Source of the DNA: a virus
Lineage: Duplodnaviria > Caudoviricetes
Reading direction: 5' to 3' (one strand)
DNA: 30,491 bases
Virus record (IMG/VR): IMGVR_UViG_3300042997_000218
Location: 1 to 30,491 of that record
Shown here piece by piece: positions 1 to 6,933 of the stretch (position 1 is its first letter; each line of letters starts with the position of its first letter). A model generated the notes under the pieces. It made no database searches, was not told the origin of the DNA, and saw only the letters and a list, made by a program, of their open reading frames with translations. The position numbers were made by a program, and so were the translations under genes.

Positions 1-43
1 CCCGCGCGATCACCTGCGTATTAGACATAGCTGGGAGCCTCCT
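1..43 (-). other. Putative cos-like packaging site at the genome end
   Basis: Minus strand reads GGAGGCTCCC...TAATACG-CAGGTGATCG-CGCGGG, compared with lambda cosN TTACG-GGGCGGCGACCT-CGCGGG. If circular, it lies about 260 nt upstream of terS, and the terminase is GpA-type. The window starts and ends with CCCG. Confidence 0.4.
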
Positions 44-113
44 AACATTATTGCATTAGGTAGGCAAAGCGTTATACCTAGTAGCATAAAACAATCTGTT
101 ATACTGTAGTGTA

Positions 114-554
114 TCACTGTTTGGATTTGGTCTTGCTCTTAGCATTAGTGATATGCTCTTGTACTGTAGCTTTACTAGGGATACTAACAATAGTATGACC
201 CATTGATTGCATCTTACGTTGAAGTACAATGTTCTCACCGTGATGAAGGATGGCACTCACTCGATTCATACCGCAGCCCATTAGCTTACCGATCTCACGG
301 TAAGTCATTCCTTTAACTCTGTTGTGATAAGCTCTCTCGCAGTCGTATGTATCAATCCACTTAGCAGTCTCTTCTTCCTCGGTAATAGTCTCAAGCTTAT
401 CGGGATACTTTATCCAGCCTTTAGCAATAGCACTTAGCACAAGTGATGGTGCTTGATTTAAAAGGCTTAGTTTGCTCTGTGATTCGAGCAGATCATCCTT
501 AGAGATCTCACCTTCTTGGACTTGACGAGTAAGGTATTTCTGTACGCCTCCCAT
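114..554 (-). CDS. HTH DNA-binding protein (sigma-70 region 4-like), possible late regulator
   Basis: GMTYREIGKLMGCGMNRVSAIL helix-turn-helix pattern; last gene before the putative cos site. Confidence 0.55.
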   Translation of the reverse strand: MGGVQKYLTRQVQEGEISKDDLLESQSKLSLLNQAPSLVLSAIAKGWIKYPDKLETITEEEETAKWIDTYDCERAYHNRVKGMTYREIGKLMGCGMNRVSAILHHGENIVLQRKMQSMGHTIVSIPSKATVQEHITNAKSKTKSKQ

Positions 555-555
555 A

Positions 556-771
556 TTACTGTTGGTTCTTTTCTTCTATGGCTTCGATCTGGTTGAGCAG
601 ATCAACGATAGAGTTATTGGATTGGATTAGCTCCATCTCAAGCTTACGAGCTAATGCGAATACAACGGTTAACGTTAGTATCGGGTAATGCTTCCTAAGC
701 TTCTCAATCTCAGCGTCACAGCGTGGAGTTGCTGACTTAGTATCTTCAAAGAACTCTGCGGTAGTTGTCAT
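556..771 (-). CDS. Hypothetical protein (TPRxD plus coiled coil, related to the array proteins at 5566-6369)
   Basis: ORF track 556..798; ATG at 771 preferred because of its AACACCATG leader; contains SATPRCD and ARKLEMEL. Confidence 0.6.
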   Translation of the reverse strand: MTTTAEFFEDTKSATPRCDAEIEKLRKHYPILTLTVVFALARKLEMELIQSNNSIVDLLNQIEAIEEKNQQ

Positions 772-794
772 GGTGTTAAATGGTTTGCTGTATA

Positions 795-1082
795 TCAAAA
801 AGGAATGTCGTCTTCAGGTCCAAGAGGATCGTTCGCTGATACCTTCTTGGTTGCTTGCTTAGGCTCACGGTTGTCTGTCTCTACATAGTTACCGAGGATA
901 GGGCCTTTATGTCCATCTTGTCTGGCTTGCTTAGATACAGACTGAACAATCATCCCGTCGTTACCATACTGGTCGCGGCCAGCCTTATTGGTAATAAGAG
1001 CAATGTCCAAATACGTTCCAGCCTTACCTTTGAAGAGATGGGTCTTGTCTACTTTAGTAACGTCAATCTTGCCGGTTATCAT
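795..1082 (-). CDS. Small putative ssDNA-binding protein with acidic DDIPF tail
   Basis: Beta-rich N-terminus (KIDVTKVDK...GTYLDIAL...DQYGNDG) and the SSB-type C-terminal tip EDDIPF; directly downstream of dnaB. Confidence 0.6.
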   Translation of the reverse strand: MITGKIDVTKVDKTHLFKGKAGTYLDIALITNKAGRDQYGNDGMIVQSVSKQARQDGHKGPILGNYVETDNREPKQATKKVSANDPLGPEDDIPF

Positions 1083-1162
1083 GGTGTTTATGTTGGACTT
1101 AGGTCCGGTGATAGGTTGGCAGACTTGTTTAGGGGAGTCAACCTGTCGTTAGGTTTTTAAAC

Positions 1163-2458
1163 TTAGGTATCCATACCGCACTCAGAGAACCGGCAAAACT
1201 GCCCATCGTAGAAGAGTTTTACCAGTCCGCACTCACCATCTCGCTGCTTGGCGATCACAATGGTTGCTTCTCCTTTAGGCTCTCGGCGGTCTCGGTCTAA
1301 GAGCATGACACAGTCGGCATCACGCTCAATCTGACCGGAGTCAGCGAGATCGGTAAGTCTGGGTTGTCTCCCCTTATCCTTCTCGTTCTCGCGGTTCAAC
1401 TGAGCAAGACACAACATCGCAACTCCAGTTTGGACGGCAATGTCTTTGAGCTTACCACTTACCTCTGCGACCTCGTAGGTGCGTTTCTCTGCTCGGTCTG
1501 CGGCTTTGATCTTTTGAAGGTAATCTATGATCACCAGCTTAACCCCATGCTTGCGTACTGCTCGACGTATGTTTGCGGTGATGGAGGCAATGCTTTGAGA
1601 GCTAGAACCATCGAGGAACCATAATGGACTGGACGCAATCTTTGCAGACGCTCCACTCATCGAGCGCATATCACCTTCGGAAAGATCACCGCTTTTTAGG
1701 TTTTGCATTGGCACTCCACCAATAGAAGCGACTGATCTTCGGAAGATTGATTCCTTACTCATCTCAAGCGATATGAATAAGGTTGGCACTCTTGCTTGTA
1801 TTGCTGCGGCTTCTGCTATTGCAATGGCAATTGCAGTTTTACCGATAGAGGGACGAGCAGCAATGATTGCCATCTCTCGCAACTGCAAACCATCAGTCAT
1901 CTGGTCCAGCCGATAGAATCCAGTCGTGATCCCGCTCAACGTACCTTTGCGAGCAAACCTCTCCTGCATTTGGTCAATAAACGTACCGGCAACTTGCTTT
2001 GAGGTTGAGAGAGTCTCACGGGATAGCTCAATGCTGAGTCCAGACTCGGCATTAGAGACGATTTGATCCGGCTGGAGTGTCAAGACAGCGGATTCGCGAA
2101 TCAATCGGTCTCCGGTCAATCGTAGCTGGCGACGATGAGCGGCTTCGACAACACCTTTGACGTAGTTGGGGAGATTGGCTGGTGATGGGCAAACTTCCAT
2201 CGCTTTGTTCCAGTCTTCAAACGGGATCGGTTGATTGCCGTTAAGCTTTTTCCATTCCTTACCAAGCTCGGGTAATGATATTTGCCTATTCTGTTGGCTT
2301 AGAGACCTAATCGTCTCGTATGTGTCTCTAAGCGTATTGGTCTCTATCCATTCGCTTTTAACTTCAGCGAATGCGTCAGCGCAAGTGTCGAGGGTTCCGG
2401 TAAGACAAGCTCCAATCAAACCAAACTCGTCGTCTTCAGCGAAGAAAGCGTCGTTCAC
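1163..2458 (-). CDS. dnaB: Replicative DNA helicase, DnaB family
   Basis: Walker A AARPSIGKT, plus SLEMS, IIDYLQ, LAQLNR, DLADSGQIERDAD and IAKQRDG. Confidence 0.95.
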   Translation of the reverse strand: MNDAFFAEDDEFGLIGACLTGTLDTCADAFAEVKSEWIETNTLRDTYETIRSLSQQNRQISLPELGKEWKKLNGNQPIPFEDWNKAMEVCPSPANLPNYVKGVVEAAHRRQLRLTGDRLIRESAVLTLQPDQIVSNAESGLSIELSRETLSTSKQVAGTFIDQMQERFARKGTLSGITTGFYRLDQMTDGLQLREMAIIAARPSIGKTAIAIAIAEAAAIQARVPTLFISLEMSKESIFRRSVASIGGVPMQNLKSGDLSEGDMRSMSGASAKIASSPLWFLDGSSSQSIASITANIRRAVRKHGVKLVIIDYLQKIKAADRAEKRTYEVAEVSGKLKDIAVQTGVAMLCLAQLNRENEKDKGRQPRLTDLADSGQIERDADCVMLLDRDRREPKGEATIVIAKQRDGECGLVKLFYDGQFCRFSECGMDT

Positions 2459-3177
2459 AGAGAATCCTTCCAGTCAATCTGCTTCTTGTGAGCAGATGCA
2501 ATTGGAAGGGATTGCTGAGAGTCATCGTCCCCAGACTTACAGCGATCAATCTCGGTGTTCCAGTTGTTAAGGAGGGTTAGGATATCCTTCCTGCGATACT
2601 TGTTCTTGGATTCGTAGCGAGCATCCAAAAGCTGCAAGTCTGATTCTGGAGTCTTGAGCTTCACAATTGGCTTGAGAGCTTTGAGTTCTTTCTCGGTCCA
2701 CTCAGTGTTCTCTCTGCGAGAAAACCATTTGTTGATCCGAGAGCGAAGCGAGTCGGAGTCTGGATCGGTATCGGAGTCGGAGTCGGAGTCGGGAGCATTT
2801 GTTGGGACTTGATCTCCGTTGTAAACATATGTTTGCAGACGCTTACATACTTCTGAAGATGGAGACGGATGTTTGCTTGTCTTTGCTCTTCCCTGCTCCC
2901 ACTTGGCAAGTTGAAGATACTTCTTACCATCAACTTGGTAGATGGCGAGCAAACCGACAGATTCAAGTTCAGACAAGATCGCTTCCGTTTTCTTTTCGGA
3001 TACACGATCAAGCTGGAGCGGGAATAGCGCGGCTCTAAGAAGTTGCGTTGATGCTGAGTGTCTCCCGAAATCGTCAACTCTGTTAAAGAGCCTCCGCAGG
3101 AAGACTTCAGCTTCCCATGATAGGCTGTTGATCGCTTCGGATTCTATCGCTGATTCTCTGATGTATCTATTCGGCAT
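2455..3177 (-). CDS. Phage replication initiator / replisome organizer
   Basis: N-terminus MPNRYIRE...SLSWEAEVFLRRLFNRVDDFGR typical of phage initiators; low-complexity DSDSDSDTDPDSD linker; 4-nt overlap with dnaB. Confidence 0.75.
   Translation of the reverse strand: MPNRYIRESAIESEAINSLSWEAEVFLRRLFNRVDDFGRHSASTQLLRAALFPLQLDRVSEKKTEAILSELESVGLLAIYQVDGKKYLQLAKWEQGRAKTSKHPSPSSEVCKRLQTYVYNGDQVPTNAPDSDSDSDTDPDSDSLRSRINKWFSRRENTEWTEKELKALKPIVKLKTPESDLQLLDARYESKNKYRRKDILTLLNNWNTEIDRCKSGDDDSQQSLPIASAHKKQIDWKDSL
2750..2792. repeat. Imperfect hexamer tandem repeat (GAGTCG-like) encoding the Asp-Ser linker of the initiator
   Basis: gagtcg-gagtct-ggatcg-gtatcg-gagtcg-gagtcg-gagtcg seen directly. Confidence 0.8.
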
Positions 3178-3271
3178 GATGAAACCAAAATCCCCACTCA
3201 GCCCGTGGTGAGAACTCGCGCAGAACCAACGCGACGTACACGGGAAGAGTGGGGAGAAATTGGGTTAACAT
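3167..3271 (-). CDS. Possible 34-aa leader peptide (MLTQFLPTLPVYVALVLREFSPRAEWGFWFHHAE) overlapping the initiator start
   Basis: Translated by hand; ATG at 3271, TAG at 3167-3169; spans the large hairpin and overlaps the initiator ATG at 3177. Confidence 0.3.
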   Translation of the reverse strand: MLTQFLPTLPVYVALVLREFSPRAEWGFWFHHAE

Positions 3272-3317
3272 GGGTTCTGATTTGACATCAACGCTTGCTT
3301 CTCACGGCTCGCGCTGA
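3191..3317 (-). ncRNA. Structured cis/antisense regulatory RNA (C4/CI-like architecture) upstream of the initiator
   Basis: Hairpin 3191-3255 (9+6+5 bp stems) and hairpin 3288-3317. The bulge TTCTCAC and loop GGTTCTG are exact complements of upstream GTGAGAA and CAGAACC. Confidence 0.6.
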
Positions 3318-3327
3318 CTGCTTACTT

Positions 3328-3510
3328 CTAACTCTGGATCTGCGGTTCGTCCAGCACAAACTTATCAAAGAACTCAGCCTTTGGTCGAACGTAGAAGATC
3401 TCTCCTCTTTGATAGATCACGCAGAGTCTCTTGGTCTCACCGATCCTTAGTTGAGCTTCGGCAACAAACTCAACCTCAACGGTTGGCTTAGTCTTTGACA
3501 GGTATTTCAT
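3328..3510 (-). CDS. Small hypothetical protein (DUF1653-like)
   Basis: VIYQRGEIFYVRPKAEFFDKF resembles the DUF1653 C-terminal motif (V.Y....W/YVRP..F). Confidence 0.5.
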   Translation of the reverse strand: MKYLSKTKPTVEVEFVAEAQLRIGETKRLCVIYQRGEIFYVRPKAEFFDKFVLDEPQIQS

Positions 3511-3766
3511 CTATTGGCTTGTAGTGTGGTGTTGGGTAGTTGCCGCGAGTTTTGGTGTCGATACGAAACTTTTTGGTTTCCATCAATCCAAGTTTGACTG
3601 ACTTGTTGAGCACAAGTCCAGCAGCGTTAGGGGACAGCTTCCAAAGATCAGACCATTGGTTAGCGGTCAACCATCCCTCTGGGACGCTCTCTGCTTGATG
3701 TTGGATTGCTGACCTCAGCCGCTTTAAAAGCTCGGCAGATGCCAATTCTGTTCGTTCTGGGGCCAT
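3488..3766 (-). CDS. Hypothetical protein, possible winged helix
   Basis: GWLTANQWSDLWKLSPNAAGLVLNKSVKLGLME followed by a beta-hairpin-like segment; overlaps both neighbouring genes. Confidence 0.5.
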   Translation of the reverse strand: MAPERTELASAELLKRLRSAIQHQAESVPEGWLTANQWSDLWKLSPNAAGLVLNKSVKLGLMETKKFRIDTKTRGNYPTPHYKPIDEIPVKD

Positions 3767-4473
3767 TGGTGCAGGTATAGTTGCGCTGAGTTATCTGTGT
3801 ATTCTCCAAATACGATCCCGTGAGACCAAGCTAAGGTTGATCGTCGTTTTCCTGCGTAATCCATTGACGGAATATCCGCCAACGTTCCGACACAAAAGCC
3901 AATTGGATTTGACTGGTTGCGACCAGTCGCTTGACCGGCTCGATGAGCATGAGCCACAACACAGTTACCAAATGTCTCGGCTGAATCACGAATGAAGTTT
4001 TCCCCATAGAGCACTCCATGTCCCCAACTAAAACCGCCCAACTTATAGAATGATCTTTCAAGACAGTCATGGGTCTCAATAAACGTATGGCAGTGTTTGT
4101 TAATAGGCTCAACCATTCGTTCCCATACAGCCTCCGCAAATCCTCTTACAACAGCGTTATGGTGATTGAGATACTTCCTAGCTCGCTCATCGTGATTTCC
4201 CAATGTAAACACCGTTGGGCGCAACTCATTGAGGAACTTTACTCCCTCTTGGATATCATCAAGATAATCGTCCGCTTGATCCGAGTCGTTCGGGTTTTGG
4301 AGTGAGCCAGATCGCAATGAGGCAAGATCGAATGCGTCCCCTAAATGGATTATCTCGTCTGGTTTGAATTTCTCGCGGAACAAAAGCACCGCAGCGAGTG
4401 CATCTGGATTGGCTCGGCTCCCATGACTGCAACCAATCGCCATAACTCGACGGTGGTGCTGAGTGATGTTCAC
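3724..4473 (-). CDS. Calcineurin-like metallophosphoesterase
   Basis: Motifs GCSHG (for DxH), HLGDAFD, GNHD, HG and AHAHR; start GTG 4473 or TTG 4482. Confidence 0.85.
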   Translation of the reverse strand: MNITQHHRRVMAIGCSHGSRANPDALAAVLLFREKFKPDEIIHLGDAFDLASLRSGSLQNPNDSDQADDYLDDIQEGVKFLNELRPTVFTLGNHDERARKYLNHHNAVVRGFAEAVWERMVEPINKHCHTFIETHDCLERSFYKLGGFSWGHGVLYGENFIRDSAETFGNCVVAHAHRAGQATGRNQSNPIGFCVGTLADIPSMDYAGKRRSTLAWSHGIVFGEYTDNSAQLYLHQWPQNEQNWHLPSF

Positions 4474-4529
4474 AATGGGCAATAATCATAAAAGAAGAGC
4501 AAAATCAAGACACACTCGCGTTGATTAGG

Positions 4530-4802
4530 TTAATTCAAGCGCAACTTATTGCTACGAACACTCCAAACCCAAAAGTAAGAAACACGATACTTAGCAGCTA
4601 ACTGTTTGTTAGTCATGCTCTTGTCAGCTTGTCGCACCGCATCGACAATCTGCTGCGGTATCTTGAGTCCCTTCGGTCGTCCCCTTCCACGCTTTTGGAT
4701 GCGTTTGGGCTTAAGTGTTCTCAAGACTTCTTTGGTCTCCAGCGTCTTGTGGACTCCAAGCAATCTGGAGATTCCGTTTTTGATTTCGTTGAGTATGTTC
4801 AT
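4530..4802 (-). CDS. HTH DNA-binding protein with AT-hook-like RGRGRPK
   Basis: IPQQIVDAVRQ...TNKQLAAKYRVSYFWVWSVR. Confidence 0.65.
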   Translation of the reverse strand: MNILNEIKNGISRLLGVHKTLETKEVLRTLKPKRIQKRGRGRPKGLKIPQQIVDAVRQADKSMTNKQLAAKYRVSYFWVWSVRSNKLRLN

Positions 4803-4972
4803 TTTCTGGTCTTATTGTGTCTGATCTTATGTATCCAACCTATGCTGACTGCGTAGTCTTCTTTGATTTGTCTGTATGTTCTGTTGTTCTTTATGTCTTC
4901 TAATACTTCTAACACTACTGCTTGTGGTATATGTCCGCGCTTTGGTATGTATGAATCATTTCTTATTGTCAT
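4799..4972 (-). CDS. 57-aa HTH protein (not in the ORF track)
   Basis: Hand translation MTIRNDSYIPKRGHIPQAVVLEVLEDIKNNRTYRQIKEDYAVSIGWIHKIRHNKTRK; ATGA overlaps at both ends. Confidence 0.7.
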   Translation of the reverse strand: MTIRNDSYIPKRGHIPQAVVLEVLEDIKNNRTYRQIKEDYAVSIGWIHKIRHNKTRK

Positions 4973-5211
4973 TCAATTTTAGATTTACTCTCTCTAATGT
5001 CCCATATAGTTGAAGATGAGATGCCATATTTCTTAGCCAACTCGCGGCAAGTGTAGGTTGCGTTCTCTCCGAGAATGGCTTTACGGATATCCGCTGGAAC
5101 AGTTTCGTATCTCCGATAGCGTTTGATTTTAGTCTTTTTTAATGGAGCGACAGCACCAAGCATCTTCTCCATTGATTGTTTTGTGAGACCTAATTTTTCA
5201 AGCAAGCTCAC
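4969..5211 (-). CDS. 80-aa HTH protein
   Basis: GTG start in a GTGA overlap after GGAGG; VPADIRKAIL...TCRELAKKYGISSSTIWDIR. Confidence 0.7.
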   Translation of the reverse strand: MSLLEKLGLTKQSMEKMLGAVAPLKKTKIKRYRRYETVPADIRKAILGENATYTCRELAKKYGISSSTIWDIRESKSKIE

Positions 5212-5381
5212 GGTTTTGCCTCCCGCCAGAGCAGCAGATCCGCTCTCATCGAGTCGTTCTCGGTTTCGAGTTGGTTGATGTATCGAAGTCGCACTGCTGC
5301 GAGTCGCTCTAGCCTCCTGCACAGCAGCCCCAACTCGGCTATGTTGTGAGGTGTTGAGTCTGAGATGGGCGTGTCGCTCAC
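5208..5381 (-). CDS. 57-aa coiled-coil array protein (not in the ORF track)
   Basis: Hand translation MSDTPISDSTPHNIAELGLLCRRLERLAAVRLRYINQLETENDSMRADLLLWREAKP; GTGA overlaps at both ends. Confidence 0.75.
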   Translation of the reverse strand: MSDTPISDSTPHNIAELGLLCRRLERLAAVRLRYINQLETENDSMRADLLLWREAKP

Positions 5382-5569
5382 GGCTTTGCCTCCTTTGTCT
5401 GTTGTAATTCACTTTTCCTTTTCATATAAAAAAGAATTGGTATAAACGGCCAAGCTATAAACATAATCGCACCCCCTAAAAGCAGTATCATAGCAAGGAC
5501 TGGTGTTGTAAAAAAACCACCCAACGCGAACCAAGCTGGCGTCAATGGATATTTGTTTTTGTCGCTCAC
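5378..5569 (-). CDS. Small membrane protein
   Basis: Long hydrophobic stretch WFALGGFFTTPVLAMILLLGGAIMFIAWPFIPILFY; ends EAKP. Confidence 0.7.
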   Translation of the reverse strand: MSDKNKYPLTPAWFALGGFFTTPVLAMILLLGGAIMFIAWPFIPILFYMKRKSELQQTKEAKP

Positions 5570-5916
5570 GGCTTCCTCACTTCCCCTAATATATCCAGCA
5601 TTCCAGACGCGGCTGTACCGTTAGATCCGTGACGGAAGAACTTGTTTTTTGCTCTACTGATGATGTCCTCCAGCCGCTTGATGCGCTCGCCCCTGTCCTC
5701 GTACAACGCAACGTCCGCAACCAGCGCGGCGTGCTTGTTCTTCGCGTCCATTAGATCCTCCTCCAACCGCTTGATGCGGTCGTTTGCTGCGTTGAGTTCG
5801 CGTTCGAGTGTTCGAACAAACCTAGAGTCGCAAACTGGAGTCATGTCGTCCTGAATCCAGTATACAAGTTTCTCCATCCTATCGGTTCTCGGCGTATCAC
5901 TCGGTGTATCACTCAC
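5566..5916 (-). CDS. SDTPRTD / LERELNAA coiled-coil family protein
   Basis: SDTPRTD, LERELNAANDRIKRLEE and a second ERIKRLED. Confidence 0.75.
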   Translation of the reverse strand: MSDTPSDTPRTDRMEKLVYWIQDDMTPVCDSRFVRTLERELNAANDRIKRLEEDLMDAKNKHAALVADVALYEDRGERIKRLEDIISRAKNKFFRHGSNGTAASGMLDILGEVRKP

Positions 5917-6091
5917 GCCATTTGTCCTCCCGCCAGAGCAGCAGATCGGCTCTCATGGCGTCGTTCTCCTGCTCCAGTTGTTTCACCCGATCCTCCAGCT
6001 TGCGGACATCGAGAGCGATTGCGCGGAGTTGGCGGCGGTCGTTGTAATCGGCAAAAGCCGGCAGGTCCAAGATTCGTTGTTCTACGCTCAC
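5909..6091 (-). CDS. 60-aa coiled-coil array protein
   Basis: RKLEDRVKQLEQENDAMRADLLLWRE; GTG start after GGAGG. Confidence 0.7.
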   Translation of the reverse strand: MSVEQRILDLPAFADYNDRRQLRAIALDVRKLEDRVKQLEQENDAMRADLLLWREDKWRE

Positions 6092-6369
6092 GGCTTTGCC
6101 TCCTTGGCTTTGTTCCAGTTCAATGACGCACGGATTGAGTCAGATTTACGGAAATCAGAGAAAATTTGGAATGAGATAAGCACTAGCTCCATTTGATTCC
6201 CCGCCTCCTGCAGCCGCTTGATGCGTTCATTGGCCGCGTTGAGTTCGCGTTCTATGAGTTTCATCTCACCAGCTAGGTCGTACATCGTAGCGTCAGGCTT
6301 GAAGTACGCAGCGTCTGTCCTCGGTGTATCGCTGATCATTTTCGTGGCGTCAGGAATATGATCGTTCAT
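6088..6369 (-). CDS. SDTPRTD / ERELNAA coiled-coil family protein
   Basis: SDTPRTD, IERELNAANERIKRLQE; ends KEAKP. Confidence 0.75.
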   Translation of the reverse strand: MNDHIPDATKMISDTPRTDAAYFKPDATMYDLAGEMKLIERELNAANERIKRLQEAGNQMELVLISFQIFSDFRKSDSIRASLNWNKAKEAKP

Positions 6370-6563
6370 TTCGCCTCCTTCACTTGTTGCATCTGAACAA
6401 AGTCCAATCGGTTCTCTTCGTTAATTGCGATACCCCAGCCGTTTCTGCGGCAGGACAGTTCGATTGCGGTTAGGACTTCATTCATAACTTTGTCGGGCAG
6501 ATAGATAGAAAGAAGCCCTTTGAATGTGATTCGATACTGCTCTTTGTCTTCTTTTTTGCTCAT
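6366..6563 (-). CDS. Hypothetical protein
   Basis: ORF with ATGA overlaps at both ends; ends KEAK. Confidence 0.65.
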   Translation of the reverse strand: MSKKEDKEQYRITFKGLLSIYLPDKVMNEVLTAIELSCRRNGWGIAINEENRLDFVQMQQVKEAK

Positions 6564-6718
6564 GTTGCCATCTCCTTATCTAGCCACTCTCTAATAATCT
6601 TATCAGTAAGGTGCTGGCTTTTAATTCCTTCTTTCTTGCAATACTCTTTGAGTTTCTTGTGAGTGTCTTCTGACACTAGAATGGTTTTCTTTATAGATGC
6701 TTTTTGTATTATTAGCAT
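6560..6718 (-). CDS. 52-aa ribbon-helix-helix (Arc/CopG-like) regulator (not in the ORF track)
   Basis: Hand translation MLIIQKASIKKTILVSEDTHKKLKEYCKKEGIKSQHLTDKIIREWLDKEMAT: beta strand KTILVS, helix, G turn, helix. Confidence 0.7.
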   Translation of the reverse strand: MLIIQKASIKKTILVSEDTHKKLKEYCKKEGIKSQHLTDKIIREWLDKEMAT

Positions 6719-6933
6719 ATCTTTATAGCAAAATTTACTGATGTTTTAATTCTAGACCACTGTGTCTCATCCATAATTGGAAACATCCATTCTGGATTGT
6801 GCATATCCCTTAGTTGAACATACCTCTCTCCGCATTCTTCAATAAGCTCAACTATCATAGTGCCTCCTTCTTCAACAATTCCGTTTTCAGGAGCAATCTT
6901 AATTTCCAAAACAACTCTTTGAGAAGAACTCAT
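6712..6933 (-). CDS. Hypothetical protein (AT-rich)
   Basis: ORF coupled by an ATGA overlap to the muramidase gene. Confidence 0.6.
   Translation of the reverse strand: MSSSQRVVLEIKIAPENGIVEEGGTMIVELIEECGERYVQLRDMHNPEWMFPIMDETQWSRIKTSVNFAIKIC

Larger units (their letters stand above)
5219..5968. repeat. 43-bp direct repeat (5219-5261 and 5926-5968) encoding ENDxMRADLLLWRE
   Basis: 40 of 43 positions identical by manual alignment. Confidence 0.9.
5206..6378. repeat. Dispersed junction repeats GGAGGCAAAGCCGTGAGC (minus strand) separating small genes
   Basis: 21-bp identical copies at 5375-5395 and 6085-6105; a copy with one mismatch in 18 bp at 5206-5223; degenerate copies at 5564-5584 and 6364-6378. 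Confidence 0.85.

Noticed and set aside
3261-3276. Two TGGGTT half-sites resembling the early operator
   Set aside because: Direct rather than inverted orientation, and the sequence is already explained by the RNA element and leader start
5206-6378. CRISPR array or integron attC array
   Set aside because: Repeats are coding junctions with irregular spacing of about 170-520 nt, are not palindromic, and there is no cas operon or integron integrase
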